A DNA stretch of 59,122 nt, counting the filler, from Squatina squatina (Eukaryota), in NCBI GenBank assembly GCA_031763465.1. It is 4 parts of 3 records of this genome, joined end to end, with 100 filler letters (N's around TTAATTAATTAA, not from the genome) between each part and the next. Parts side by side here need not be neighbours in the genome. Positions count along the whole stretch, not along the records: positions 1 to 13,961 come from JARFOE010000004.1; positions 14,062 to 27,551 come from JARFOE010000001.1; 2 more parts are not named here. One strand, written 5' to 3'. Shown here piece by piece: positions 12,679 to 26,769 of the stretch (positions within the stretch are counted from its first letter, which is position 1; each line of letters begins with the position of its first letter). The position numbers and the translations under genes were made by a program. The notes below the pieces were generated by a model. The model had not been told where the DNA came from and did not search any database. It saw only the letters and a list, made by a program, of their open reading frames with translations.

Positions 12679-12950
12679 CTGTACTGAGGGAGTGCTGCAC
12701 TGTCGGAGGGTGAGTACTGAGGAAGTGTTGCACGATCGGAGGGGCAATACTGAGGGAGGGCTGCACTGTCGGAGGGTCAGTACTGAGGGAGCGCCGCAAC
12801 GTCGGAGGGACAGTACTGAGGAAGGTTTGCACTGTCGGAGCGGCATTACTGAGGGAGGTTTGCACTGTCGGAGGGACGGTCCTGAGGGAGCGCTGCAGTG
12901 TCGGAGGGTCAGTACTGAGTGAGTGCTGCACTGTCGGAAGGACTGTACTG
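12646..12950 (+). repeat. 33-bp minisatellite expanded from a SINE internal segment (9 full units plus a partial, runs into gap)
   Basis: Consensus CAGTACTGAGGGAGTGCTGCACTGTCGGAGGGT at exact 33-nt spacing from 12646 to 12942, with no spacers. Confidence 0.92.
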
Positions 12951-13119
12951 NNNNNNNNNNNNNNNNNNNNNNNNNNNNNNNNNNNNNNNNNNNNNNNNNN
13001 NNNNNNNNNNNNNNNNNNNNNNNNNNNNNNNNNNNNNNNNNNNNNNNNNNTCCAGTGCTACTATATACTTTAATATGACGACCAGAATTGTACACAGTAT
13101 TCCAAGATTCAATACAAGT

Positions 13120-13435
13120 TCAGCATAACTTCCCTACTTTTCAATTCTAACCCTCTAGAAATAAACCCGAGTGCTTGGTTTGCTTTTTTATGACCTTATT
13201 AACCTGCGTCACTACTTTCAGTTATTTGTATATTTGTACTTCCAGATCCCTTTGCTCTTTTACCCCACTCAGATTCATATTTTCCAAGTAATATGTGATC
13301 TCCTTATTTTTATTACCGAAATAGAATGGAATACCTCACACTTATCTGTGTTGAAATTCATTTGCCAATTACATGCCCATTCTTCAAGTTTATTAATACC
13401 TTCTTATAATTTGTTGCAGTCCTCCTCAGTATTGC
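13120..13435 (-). mobile_element. CR1 LINE ORF2 fragment (post-RT region)
   Basis: Minus strand shows degenerate W-MKFNTDKCEV-H-G and E-RDL-V-I motifs typical of CR1 ORF2. Confidence 0.7.
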
Positions 13436-13961
13436 AATGTGCCTCATTATTAGAATAGATTGCATTTAACCTGATTTCGGCATACTTGGTTTTGACACTG
13501 GGTGTAAAAAAAAAATCCATTCCCCAACATTGATATCTCTCAGCTTAAAAAATAAAATACAAATCCAAACATATGTTAAAAAAGTACAATTTGAGAAGTA
13601 TGTGGAAGGACATATATCCTCAAAAAACAATATAGTTTCAACATAGCAATTACAATCTTATGTTTCTTTTGGATGCATAAATACTAAATAAATGTATTCC
13701 ACTTAATGTAATATATAATGATGTCACATAAGTGTACAGCATGACACCTCTCAATCTAGCCTATTCCTTTTATCACAGTGTGTGGCCAATTACAGTGATG
13801 TTTAATAATAAATTGTTAGTATAAAGGCTAAAGGACACCCAGTCAATTGCTTTGCATAAATGAGTTTTGATCATACAAAAGCAAGCATATTAGCAAAAAA
13901 AATCTCTTATGTGAAGGCCCAAAGTATTTCTTCAAAGTCTATTTTATCTTTGGTAGAACTT

Positions 13962-14061
13962 NNNNNNNNNNNNNNNNNNNNNNNNNNNNNNNNNNNNNNN
14001 NNNNNTTAATTAATTAANNNNNNNNNNNNNNNNNNNNNNNNNNNNNNNNNNNNNNNNNNNN
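13962..14061. other. Artificial scaffold-concatenation linker
   Basis: 44 N + TTAATTAATTAA (14006-14017) + 44 N. Confidence 0.97.
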
Positions 14062-15269
14062 CCTTGCTAGCCTGTGATCTCCCTACCCCCCCCCGCCCTC
14101 ACTTATCTTCATTTACTCTTCACTGGTTGTTCACTGGCTATGCCGACTTGATGTTAATGAGACCCGAAGACTAATATCGGGGGTGCCTCGGGCTTCACCA
14201 TTCAGGCACAGGGATCCGAGAATGGGCACTCTGAATTTCTGCCCCCAAGTTCTAAATACATGCCCATAACTTCAATACTGGCTAAATAACATTATGGGGC
14301 TAAATTGCAATGTGTCTTCCTTACCATTTCTAAGCCATCCACCCAATTTGCATAAATGAAAAAGCATGAAGATTATTAGCCTTCCTTTTTTTTCTTGATA
14401 ACTATCTTGGGATTACAAGAATTTAATGATAAGAAATGCACTATTTTGAGGAAAACCTAGTTTGACAACATATATAAGTTCCACATTTTACGGTGCTTTG
14501 GGAATCTGATGAAATCATTTTTTCATCTTGCGTCATGTTACATTGACACACTGAATGATTACATTCATTTTGACAATCTGGAATTGATTTTTCATAAAGC
14601 AATTAAGGGATTATATTGAAATTTACATTTGTCTGCATATAATTATACTTAGAATTACTAATGGAAATACCACCTCTTCCTGACCATGCAAAAGCAATTT
14701 ATCTTAACTATAATGGGAATGCCTGACTGTGACCTCTGCCTGGTCTAAAATCAAGTCAAATTTGCATTTTTGTACTTCAGAGAATTTCCAGTCCCTGTAT
14801 GTATTTAATGTCATCTTCTTTTCAAGAATATGTACTCATAATGAATGAGAAGCTATTCATTCACAGTCAACAATGCAGACCAGTGGTGATCTTGTGCCTG
14901 CCCAGAGCCAACACTCACAGTTCAGTAACAACACAGGCGTTGTGCTTATCGCTTGCCTCACAGAACGTCTAATCCAGGAATCCAGTTGTGAAAAATTACT
15001 AAATGAATGAACTCCATTTACAGCAAAGTGCCTCTTTCCATCGATACAACAGGCTATGGCCCTTATGTTTGCTTCATCACATAGCTTCTCAAATCTTCTC
15101 TGTAAGGTTGCTGAGAGGGTGCTGATGCTAAGAATTCTAATTTATATGAATATAATGAAACTGTAATTTGAATGTCTGGACAAGGACTTCTGAGGTTAGA
15201 ATGTGTTATTTAGCAATATATTTGGACCTACAGAGACTGACCAGCATCAAATGCCATAGACTCATTATA

Positions 15270-15375
15270 TCATACAGCATCAAATGAGGCCAATCGGCCC
15301 TTCGTGCCTGTGCTGGCTCTTTGAAAGGGCTGTCCAATTAGACCCACTCCCCTGCTCTTTCCCCATAGCCCTGAT
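15270..15375 (-). mobile_element. CR1-derived 3' tail
   Basis: Reverse complement closely matches 16414-16525. Confidence 0.7.
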
Positions 15376-16413
15376 GCCATGATACACTGTTTCAGTTAGT
15401 TTATTTGCTTATCTGCTTNNNNNNNNNNNNNNNNNNNNNNNNNNNNNNNNNNNNNNNNNNNNNNNNNNNNNNNNNNNNNNNNNNNNNNNNNNNNNNNNNN
15501 NNNNNNNNNNNNNNNNNNGGGACAGATGACTAACCTTGAGCAGTCACAGCCACCGCTATGTGGCTAATTATACTATTTTTCATGGCCACATTTCCTAAAA
15601 TTCCAGGATATAAATGGTGAAAACAAAAAAGAAATTGAAAGAGTTATTGTTTGGTTGATATTTTAGTCAATACCGATGTTTAACTTGTGCCATTGCCTTT
15701 CCCGAACAATTGTAACATTAGGGCAATATACACTACCAAGGGAGGTGGACCATGACCTTGGCCTGTGTGCCACAATCATGCATTGTGCGTGTAACCTAAC
15801 TGACTTCAGTTAGTGTTTTAATCTTGCATGATTCTGCCAATACTAACTGAGCTGGCAGTCAAACAATTAGACAAATATTGAATTAATAACAAGCCTTTCT
15901 TACATGCGGACCTCCTGTAAAACACTGAATAAAAAGCCTCACGCATAACCTGCAATGGTATTTTGAAGTGAAATATGGGGCAGAAACCACACGTTATCCC
16001 AGGTTGAGCAGCTCACCGATCCATTATTTTGGTGGGTCGTCACAAATTGGTAATACTGCTTCTAATAAACAAATGTAAAATAAAAAATAGTGATCTCCCA
16101 AAGTAACACAGCACATTCTGCGAAGATAGTTAGCAATATTCCACAAGTTTACTGAGTCTAGGAACCAGGATTTCATTTCTGAAGAGCTACTAAAATGTCA
16201 CCAAACTTTTACAGCTTTGATTCACTGTAATAAGTGCTGTCTGGAGCAGTTGCCAGTTGCGTGCAGCTGGCCCAGCAGGAAGGTTGAGGTCAAGCTAATG
16301 AACATTTCTTCCTNNNNNNNNNNNNNNNNNNNNNNNNNNNNNNNNNNNNNNNNNNNNNNNNNNNNNNNNNNNNNNNNNNNNNNNNNNNNNNNNNNNNNNN
16401 NNNNNNNNNNNNN

Positions 16414-16525
16414 AGGGCTATGGGGAAAGAGCGGGGGAGTGGGGCTAATTGGACAGCTCTTTCAAAGAGCCGTCACAGGCACAATGGGCTGAATGGTCTT
16501 CTTTTGTGCTGTATGATTCTATGAG
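16414..16525 (+). mobile_element. CR1-derived 3' tail
   Basis: AGGGCTATGGGGAAAGAGCGGG...GGCTGAATGG...TGCTGTATGATTCTATGA, ending in the CR1 ATTCTATG terminal motif. Confidence 0.75.
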
Positions 16526-19500
16526 GCGGCTGAACAGGTTAAGCCAGGACCTGGCCTGAAATTCAGAAGTTTTACACGATTTTACAACTGAAAAACAGGC
16601 AAACATAAATTACATTTCTCACCCCAAAAATCCAAGAAATTGACTAAAACGAAGTGCAACAGCTCAAACAGCACATTCTTCCCAGACAGGCAGGAACAGC
16701 TGGTTCTTATACATGGCTAAGGCTGGATTTTTGTTGGTATTATCTTTGCTGCATTTCTTGCTCACCCAACAACGAGTAACAATCAATGCTAACAGGCTCT
16801 CTAGAATGTGAAAGAGGTGGTTAAAGCATTTGAATATTGGAGGAATTAAGTCCTTAAGAATTAACTCATTATTAAGACATTTGAATATATCTGTGGCATT
16901 CACTGTCAATATCTCAATCAACACTCTTGCTCGCAAAGGCAGATGCAATGAATACATCGTATAATAATTCTAGTGATTCCTGGTCAGCCTTCCCAGGAAG
17001 CACCTGTCTGCAATATTCCTAGTTTAATCCAATGGTTACATCATTACAGCCTGATGCATTTAATAGTTGTAAAATAAATACTTACTCAGCATGAAAGACA
17101 AATGAGATAATTTGGACTCTCAGCCACAAGTGGTCTTTGTAATTCGATACAGTAGCAAACCGAGAAGGGCTACCATCAAAAGAGTTTATTTCACACTGTT
17201 ACTTGTCTGCAAATGTGAATAGAGATGTATTTGCCACAAAAAGACCAAACAACAGTTAGTTTTTCCAAAACAATAAGCAAAGCCTCACTCTAGAGAGGCA
17301 ACTTTATCTTTGAGGAGATGGAGAAAAGAATTTACATTAAACANNNNNNNNNNNNNNNNNNNNNNNNNNNNNNNNNNNNNNNNNNNNNNNNNNNNNNNNN
17401 NNNNNNNNNNNNNNNNNNNNNNNNNNNNNNNNNNNNNNNNNNNCAAGTCCTGCTGTCAAATGAGTGGAAGCAAAAACATTTTTTAAAAAGCATTAAATTG
17501 TACACTTCTTAATTATCCATAACACTAAACTCTTGCTCGGCAGTGAAATGTGAACTGTTTCACTTGCTTAGGGCATTGAATGTGAAGCCATCTATAAAAA
17601 AATTTGTGTGGGTGACCAAATGGTATTTGTTAAAAATTAACGGAATTTGAAAGGAGCTTCTTGCGTAGTTTAATTGTTTCCAGAATGTTAGTTCAAAAAA
17701 TTGTAAGGTTGTGTATCACACGCAAAGTGGGTGACTGCCAAAACTCCACTACAAGAATTGGCACCAGTGCTAGCAATGCAATGAGAGTATAATTGGTCCC
17801 AGAAAGCAAGCTATCTGAAGGGTGCAGATAAAAGATGTCGAGGTTCTGATCAAAGAAAGGTAAGAGCTAATTTCAACCATTTAGTTATCTTGACATATTC
17901 AACTAAATGTAATTGAAACAGCTTGAACTTTTCTCAATGGAATTAATGTTGGATGTAGATTAGTTATAGCATTGACATTTCATCTCTATACTGTGAGTTA
18001 ATGTTGCTGCATATAGGGATATCTATTTGAGACTGAAGTTAATGAGAGGAACTTTACTCTGTATCTGGCCGAATCTATAGCTGACCTGCGAGTGCTTCAT
18101 GCTGACAATGGAAAAACATTCCATTTCTCAGCACTGACATTCTTTGCTTTGATGAGCACAAAATTCTCCAGGAAAAGGAAACATGATCATCTAACACCGA
18201 GCAACAAATGTTCTTGGATTTTACAATGTTAGAATCTAGTAATCCCAGTTACTACTCTCAAGACAAAAATATTTATCAATTTAGAAAGACATTGCCAGAG
18301 TTGTGTTAGACACAAGGGAAGAAGCACAGGAATGCATTGTGCATACATACTCTGCATCCCAATTATTTGCCTGTCTTCACCCAATTCCCTGACTCTCTGT
18401 CTAATTGAATCTCTGCTTATCCTCACCCATAGAGAAAGATAACAGCTGGTATCACAATTAACAAGTGCTTCATTCAACAACATATTAAATACATTCCTGT
18501 TTAAAGCTAGCATTTAAAGTGCTGGTGACTAAAACAGACGAGGGTAGGTGGAGATCGGCATAGACTTGCAACTTCTTTTGAGGGGTACAGGATAGAATAG
18601 ATCCATCATGATACAGACCACACTCACCTATTGCCTTTAACTCACTAGTGCCAGTCTCCATCTCACAGTCAGTACTTATATTGTTATTAATGGATAAATC
18701 CTATATCCGACAATTTCAAACCATTGGGTCTGCCCAATTCAAATAGGTGAACCCAGCCTAATTAGAATATCTGCAAATCAGCTAAAGGCAACTTTTCCTC
18801 TTGGCTTAAATGCAGACTTATGCTGTTGTCGATTTAAAATTGGTTAGAGGGAGTGGAACTACAACATGCATTTTATAATGCATTTAACATAGTAAGTATG
18901 TCCCAAGACACTTCATAGATTCATAAACAGGTGCCAAGGAGTAATGNNNNNNNNNNNNNNNNNNNNNNNNNNNNNNNNNNNNNNNNNNNNNNNNNNNNNN
19001 NNNNNNNNNNNNNNNNNNNNNNNNNNNNNNNNNNNNNNNNNNNNNNCAGTTTAACACCTCATCCAAAGGACAGAGTGGTGACCTTGATTAAATCTAGTCT
19101 GTTTCAGTGTTGGTTCCAGAAATTGGATGGCAATATTCAGTTCACTACAGCAGATATTTTCTGATCATCACGCAATAGAACATTACCCGGTCTTAAGTGA
19201 TAGATAACCTGAGATGCATATGTAATAGGAAATGCTTTTGAATGATTCAGTGATCTAACAAACAGAAATGTTCAAGGGTGTTGGCATATGTCACAGCATC
19301 CTTCATAACATTAAAATCTGACTTGTGAAAATACTGACAAAACTTAATCAAGATTCTGTATTTATTTGCAGACAACATAAGCAGGTGTTTTAACGAAATG
19401 CAGGAGGAAAGCCTTGTTTATATTGCTAAACAGCCTTTCCAGTGATTTATTTGGACAATAATGTCTGGATCCACACACGTTAGAAATGACTCAGGGGATA

Positions 19501-19695
19501 GTAGTATTTCACTGTGCATGTGCCTTCAACATACTATTTGCAGGCTTAGTTTAAGATTATTTTTAGAAACCCTTTATGCCGATTTAAAAAAGATTGTGGG
19601 TTTGTAATTACTTGGGGGACTTCAAATTCATGTGGTCAGAATTTTATGGAAGTCTTAACCAGGTCTGAGTTGCGGACCCTTTAAAATTTAACGTG

Positions 19696-19778
19696 AACAT
19701 AGAAATATAGCAGATAGGAGCAGGAGTAGGCCAGTCGGCCCTTCGAGCCTGCAAGTCATTCAGCATGATCATAGCTGA
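19696..19778 (-). mobile_element. CR1-derived 3' tail
   Basis: ATAGGAGCAGGAGTAGGCC...GGCCCTTCGAGCCTGC; same family as 44770-45035 and the 23560-23620 tail. Confidence 0.65.
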
Positions 19779-21717
19779 NNNNNNNNNNNNNNNNNNNNNN
19801 NNNNNNNNNNNNNNNNNNNNNNNNNNNNNNNNNNNNNNNNNNNNNNNNNNNNNNNNNNNNNNNNNNNNNNNNNNNNNNACACAGAGGAGAAATGAATCCC
19901 AGATTGGTTGTACACAACGGTCCTGAATTTCTGCAGGTGTTATCCCGATCCTCTGCCATAAATTTGGTGGGAGATTGGTGGAATCTCTGTAGAAACAGCA
20001 TAAATGGCTGAAAACAGTTGTGCAATTAGGAGAACCCCCTATTTAGAGCCAATATCATTCTGATAAACACGATGCTTGGCTCCTTTACATTCCTTCTCTC
20101 CAGAAAGGCATTCACCTATCTTATTAAATCCATGAATCTGGAAATTAAGCTGTGCACTATAATCACACAAGTACTTAATGTATTCTTACTAAATTCCCCT
20201 GTCTATTATTTAAACGAAGGTGTTAACCTGATTTTTTTGTAAGGAAATTAATGCCTCTGTTAAAATAATGGACAAAGGAATTTGATACTAACTTGTTAAT
20301 CATTCAAACAATAATATTGCACAGTGTAATTTCCGAGCTCTGATTTCCTCTCAGGTAACATTTTATTAATGCAGCGTGTCCNNNNNNNNNNNNNNNNNNN
20401 NNNNNNNNGGTGAATCAATATTTAACAGTTAATTTAAATATATTCCTGCTGGGCTTTCATGCCACTGCATCACAGCAGCACTGGAGAGCAGCAGTAACAA
20501 GTGCCATTAAGTGTTACTGCAACCATTCATCCCATCCCCTAACCTTCGCCTCACAATAACATGTTATTTGGAATAGCAATGTCAAAGGTAAAACATCAAT
20601 AATTTTTTTTCCGCTTCTGTTATTAAAGTGAAAACATTGTGCCGCCAATGTACCAATGATATTGATGAACAAAAAATCCTGTGAGGTCTGCTAACCTCTC
20701 CTCTCCCACACCTCCCTCACCCAAATTCCTGATATGCTCGACCGACAGAGCACAAACTCATAAAATCTGCCCTTATTTGTGATGTTTCAAATGTCACATT
20801 AATGAGGATTTGCCTATCTCTGCATTTTCTATAACAGTGGACAGCAGGAATCCTGCAACAGCACTGACTGGAATTCAATGGTGTTATGTTGACAAATCAT
20901 CAAATAATGTTAATCATGCTACTAACACTATTTAGTGGTGGTGCTCTGGTAATAAACCTCATCCTTATCCTGACCATTCAAACATTTTCACCATGCCCAT
21001 CTGTAACATTGTAGTTCAGGCACTCTGCTTGATTGACAATCCCTGTTACTGCCTAAAAAGTAAATCTGCTGGTTACAATTGCAACACGTTTTGACAGCTG
21101 TCAGGTCACTCAGTGGGTGGGTTATCTTATTGCTGTGCAATGTCTTATTTCAGGGCAAAGGAAAAGATGATGTAGGCCATTTCTCCCTGCAGTAAGCTCT
21201 CTTCCTACTGATACTGGCAGGGAAGTGTTGTATGGATCACTAGCCAGCTTTCCTTGGCTGTGGGGTACTATGTGCAGAGAAAAGACCATAAAAGGAAAAA
21301 TCTGGACAATCCAATGAAATACAAAAAAAGAAACATTAAAAAGATTGCAAAAGATCTATTGACACTTCATCAACAATCTGAGATATGGAACAATCCCTTT
21401 CCTTATAAACATTGCTAAAATTTGAATACATGATTACATTGTTTTCCTTGATACTTCCAGCTTTGTGCAAGACGTTTATAGACCAGATGCCCAACTTTTG
21501 TCCATAGAAAGCTCTTTAATTTTTTACGCATGGGAAAAGCAAGCATACAGGCTTACTTTTACCAGCGTAAGAGTTTTTAAAAATGTAAAAATAAAATAAA
21601 TTAGTGGTACATTGTTTNNNNNNNNNNNNNNNNNNNNNNNNNNNNNNNNNNNNNNNNNNNNNNNNNNNNNNNNNNNNNNNNNNNNNNNNNNNNNNNNNNN
21701 NNNNNNNNNNNNNNNNN

Positions 21718-21959
21718 CACTGGTCATGCTCAATCAGCTGCGATGGGTGGGCCACATTGTCCGCATGCCTGATAGAAGACTCCTGAAACAAGCACTCTAC
21801 TCCGAGCTTCATCACGGCAAGCAGGAGGGCAGAGCAAATGCTTCAAGGACATCCTCAAAGCCTCCCTGAAAAAAATGTAACATCCCCAACGACTCATGGG
21901 AATCACTGGCCCAAGACCGCCCGAACTGGAGAAGCATCCGCAAAAGCGCCAACAAATTT
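21718..21959 (+). mobile_element. RTE-clade LINE ORF fragment
   Basis: QLRWVGHIVRMPDRRLLKQALYSELHHGK and, after a frameshift, FKDILKASLKK...WESLAQDRPNWR; hallmark RTE C-terminal motifs. Confidence 0.85.
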
Positions 21960-23245
21960 NNNNNNNNNNTCTGTTAAATCTTTCACTGTCAGAAGGGACA
22001 GTGGGGATGAAACTCACATTGTAATGGAACTAAGTATAACATTGCATGGGGACACAGGATTCCGTGCAGCAACAAATAACTTATGACGGCACATTCATCT
22101 CAGGGGCACAAAGTGGAAAAGTTATTGCTGGACTTTCTTGCATCATCTTTTTACAGATGAAAGAGGCGGCAGAGTCATCTGAAGCCGCTGGCACTGAGAA
22201 CAAAGCGCACTGGATATCAAGCTGAAAATGAAACAGAGATTTTGGTCTATTTTTTAATTAGAGGTATGGACAATATTGCTTCATCTATATGAAAAATAAC
22301 AAAATATAGTTTGCATAGCAGTCAATCCACCAAGGATTAGAGTGTGATTTCTATCCTGTCATTTAATGTGCCATGAATAATATTTGAAGGGTAATAGCCC
22401 TATAAACAGAATAATGCAACTGTAATTTAGCAGGTGGCAAGAAATCAATCAGTTGTTTGGTGCACTACCAGATGTTGATCCCTAATTGAATAAAAATGTG
22501 TTACTACTGACAAAGGGTGTCTTAAAATAGCTAGGAGAACAGCTCACACATACTCTCACATTCGCAAACAAGGGGCACATGTGCAAGGAGCATACTTCAA
22601 AGTGATAATGGATCAGGAGACACTCTAGTGGCCTCGGAAAATGAACAACTCCCGGTGGGGATTAAAAATAAAGGGTTGCGTGGAATTCAACTTCAAAGCG
22701 ATGCCCAGGACAAAAAAAGGAAAATGAAGTTACATGCCAGCTATCTTAGCATCAAATTCTCTGAAGTCAGAAGCACAAGAAGGGAATTTCAGACAAAGCG
22801 ATTGGGGCAAGAATTAAAGAAAAGAAAACATGAAGAGCGGCCAAGGACCACATGTGAGCAAATGCGCTGCCGCAGTCTTGCAGAAGCAGATTTATGTTGG
22901 CACATTGAGGCTGCATGGAAGCACAGATGGTCATAGTGGAAAATTTTAGCAAAGTATGATAAAATTGTTGCAACCAGCTCTTAAAAACTTTCAGCTATGG
23001 AATGCTGCATTTTAAAGATAGGGTCTTAGTAGGTCACTGATATTGCAACATTTCATACAACTAGAAATGAACTTCTCAGTAATTTGTCAGCAAAGGGCGG
23101 AACGCTTTTCCTCCTGTTTTGTGTATGAGGAATGTCTCAGTGTTTNNNNNNNNNNNNNNNNNNNNNNNNNNNNNNNNNNNNNNNNNNNNNNNNNNNNNNN
23201 NNNNNNNNNNNNNNNNNNNNNNNNNNNNNNNNNNNNNNNNNNNNN

Positions 23246-23620
23246 AAACATACAAAATTCTTACAAGGCTCGACAGGGTAGATGTTGGAGGATGTTTCCC
23301 GTGGCTGGGGAGCCTAGAACCAGGGGTCACAGTCTCGGAATAAGGGGGAGGCCATTTAGGACTGAGATGGGGAGAAATTTCTTCACTCAAAGGTTGGTGA
23401 ATCTTTGGAATTCTCTACCCCAGAGGGTTGTGGAGGCTCAGTCATTGAATACATTCAAGACAGATATTGATAGATTTATAGATATTAAAGGTATCAAGGG
23501 ATATGGAGATAGTGCAGGAAAATGGCGTTGAGGTAGAAGATCTGCCGTGATCTTGTTGAATGGCGGAACAGGCTCGAGGGGCCGGATGGCCTACGCCTGC
23601 TCCTATTTTTTATGTTCTTA
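23246..23620 (+). mobile_element. CR1 LINE 3' end
   Basis: RTRGHSLGIRGRPFRTEMGRNFFTQRLVNLWNSLPQRVVEA...KGIKGYG followed by a CR1 3' UTR. Confidence 0.9.
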
Positions 23621-26133
23621 TATATATATCCCCTTTACCACAGATCTGTTTCTTCCCCTCACGAGTGTACATTTGCCCTAGTGAGCTCTCTGTGGACACG
23701 TTCACTATCCCTTCAGAATGAAGGTTCATATTTTTATAAAGTCTTTTTCCAGGTGTGAATTGCAGTTCTTGTTGATGGTGCTGTCTGCAGCCTTTTAGGC
23801 CAGATGCCAATATGAGGGATTTGTACCATTTATATTTTTGTTGATATAATCAAGATTCCCACAGCAGAAATGATCCTTTCATAAAGAATACTTTGTTTGT
23901 CTGTCACTGGAGCTTTGCTGTTCAACTAAGAAGTTATCGCACAATTGCCTTTTATCAAGCCCTGCAGTGGCGATGTAAGTAATCATTTCAGAAAATATAT
24001 TAATCCTGGACACTAAACTTAATGGTTAAGAGAGTTTTCAAGTCTGATCATATAGGTAAACATTTTGGCACCAATGTTCGCTGTCAGCGATAGTGCTGTA
24101 TATGTTAGTTTTATATGAGCTAAATTTAATTTATCTCTTTTCTTCTCATAGCACTATTGTGTCCTCTGCTGCATAATGCAACACACACTACACCATATAT
24201 GCTAATTTGTAGCATTAAAATGTTATTTTGTTTTGAGCCATTAATTGTGGTTTCCAGGGCACAAACTGATTGTGCAAAACACATTTTCCAGTGGAAACTG
24301 AGGCTCATGGTGCTCTAGTTCACAAAGTCAAATCAAAACGTTAAAAGTCTCTATCGAATTTGAGAGACAGAGATACATAAGACTAAGAAAATGAAATAAA
24401 CATCAATAATAGGGAGCAGTAACATTTGAGGCTCCTACTAATCTAATCCAAAATGCTGCATGGNNNNNNNNNNNNNNNNNNNNNNNNNNNNNNNNNNNNN
24501 NNNNNNNNNNNNNNNNNNNNNNNNNNNNNNNNNNNNNNNNNNNNNNNNNNNNNNNNNNNNNNNGGGGTTAATGGGCAGACGAGAAATCTCCTTATAAACC
24601 TTAATAACCCACAGTGAACCATCGAACAGTGCAGCAAAACCAACTTCTAGAATCATGCATCAATCTCCATTAGACCATAAGGGATTGGATGCCCCCTACT
24701 GGACTACCAAGAAGTTAACACAATAAAAAGCCCAAACTAATGGAAGGAGCATGTTGGGAACCTAGCAGTTATTTCCAATACAATGGCCATGAAATTAGGC
24801 TAGTGGATGTACTTTTAAAGTGTTTGCCTGAAATTCCTTCCCACTATTTTAGCAGACATGTTAGCCCATTTATTTTAAACAAGATCGTGTCTCCATTAAA
24901 ATAACAATGAGGGGAATTCCAGATGAACGTATTATGCATTCAACCATTAATATTCCATGGTACAATTTCAGGAGCAATGAATTCTCAGACTCAACCATAC
25001 TTCCTCACCGGGAGTAAAAAAAATCACAAGGCAAATCAGCTTAACCTGTTCCAGTGCACTGTCTGGCTGCCAGATATAAAATCATTTTATCAGGGGGAAA
25101 GAGGCAGGCTGTTCTGTTTATATTCTGGACAAATTTCTTGATCTCAAACCTTTCCCCTAGTCTGCCCTTGCTCCCTATGATCAGAACCATACCTTTCCCT
25201 ACNNNNNNNNNNNNNNNNNNNNNNNNNNNNNNNNNNNNNNNNNNNNNNNNNNNNNNNNNNNNNNNNNNNNNNNNNNNNNNNNNNNNNNNNNNNNNNNNNN
25301 NNATTGCTACTTTCTTTGGGTCATTACATCTAAATGTAGTAAACACTCTGGATTGTAATATGCCCACAGATGGCCGGTTTGGAATATCCTAAAGTGTCTG
25401 TAATGCTGAAAGAGAGTGTACTGTGGTGGAAACTCATGGCTGTCCTAGAATCGTATGAATTTCAAATGCGGATAATTGGAATTCCTCCACATGGCAAGTG
25501 GGAACCAGGAGAACTACCTATGCTGTGCTACAGCACGATTTATGGACATTTTTCAGTGGTTGCAGGAAAGTGTTTTTTTAAGTTACATGGGTCAGAAAGG
25601 TTATTGGCACATATTAAATGACATACAGTGGCTTACATTATAAAATCATCAAATCAAAAGTTAAATCAATACATGCCACTTGAAATAAAATACCACAATC
25701 ATGTAAAATGATAATGCATCTCAACTAGATTTTTTTGCTCACCTCAGTCACGACATTTTGTAGATTTATTGTACAAGAATGAAAATAAGAATTTGGGGAA
25801 ATCTGCTCAGTCACACAAAGTGAGAACAAGGCATTCAAATAGAACAGATTTGATCAATTTCCTTATATAACGTAACTATTGACCTGCAATGGCACAGACC
25901 TCTGGAGTTCGTTAAAACACTCCTTTTGCATAAACCAGTTGGAAATGCCTTTGCAGGGTTGATGTTTTTCAAAGAGCCCTTTGCATTTCAATAATATCTC
26001 AGTAGATGTATGAAATTAACCACTAAAATTCTAGTCACTGAAATTAACATGATAATTTGGCAAGTCTATACAAACCATTTGTATTCAACAAATATTGTAT
26101 AATTATCATTTTAATCTTGCTGCTTTGCACTCT

Positions 26134-26583
26134 GTCAGCCATGGCTCAGTGGATAGCACACTCACCTCTGAGTTAGAAGGTTGTGGGTTCAAGTCCCACT
26201 CCAGAGACTTCAGCACAATAAATCTAGACTCACACTCCAGTGCTGCACTGTCAGAGATGCCATCTATTGGGTGAGACATTAAACCGTGGGCCCTGTCTGC
26301 GCTCTCAGGTGGATGTAAAAGATTCTATGGTAGTATTTTGAAGAAGAGCAGGAGAGTTATCCCCAGTGTCCTGACCAATATCTATCCCTCAATCAACATA
26401 ACAAAAGATGATCTGGTCATTCTCACATTGCTGTTTGTGGGAGCTTGCTGTGCACAAATTGGCTGCCACGTTTCCCACATTACAACAGTGACTACACTCC
26501 AAAAGTGCTCCGCTGGCTGCAAAGCACTTTGAGACATCCGGTGGTCTTGAAAGGCACTATATAAATGCAAGTTTTTCTTTCTT
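26134..26583 (+). mobile_element. Near full-length tRNA-derived DeuSINE (SacSINE1-like)
   Basis: A box TGGCTCAGTGG (26142), B box GGTTCAAGTCC (26186), Deu-domain core, and tail AAAGGCACTATATAAATGCAAGTTTTTCTTT. Confidence 0.85.
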
Positions 26584-26769
26584 GATGTCTGGTTTACACT
26601 TGAATGTGTAGTAGAAATAAATTGCCTGGTTTCCACCAGTATAAATATAGGTTCTACATTAGTTGGGCCTATATTGCTCTGTGCCGTTCTAGTGTCACTA
26701 GCTCCCAGTGGGTAGCAATAGTTGACGGCAACATAATGGTAAATTTGCTAAGGTCAAAGCCTGCGAAGA

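Noticed and set aside
12646-12950. CRISPR-like array of roughly 33-nt repeats
   Set aside because: Units are head-to-tail with no unique spacers, derive from a SINE, and there are no cas genes in this vertebrate context.
12577-13095. Repetitive ORFs of 172, 112 and 87 aa
   Set aside because: Products of the 33-nt minisatellite period and an N gap.
16713-16776. Signal-peptide-like MAKAGFLLVLSLLHFLLTQQR
   Set aside because: Weak start context and donor, no downstream exon identified; insufficient support.
17683-17859. Exon-like segment ending in a strong AAG/GTAAGA donor
   Set aside because: Stops in all three frames; at best a non-coding exon that cannot be supported from sequence alone.
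26134-26200. tRNA gene (also at 12541 and 2767)
   Set aside because: A/B boxes continue directly into the SINE body; these are tRNA-derived SINE heads, not tRNA genes.
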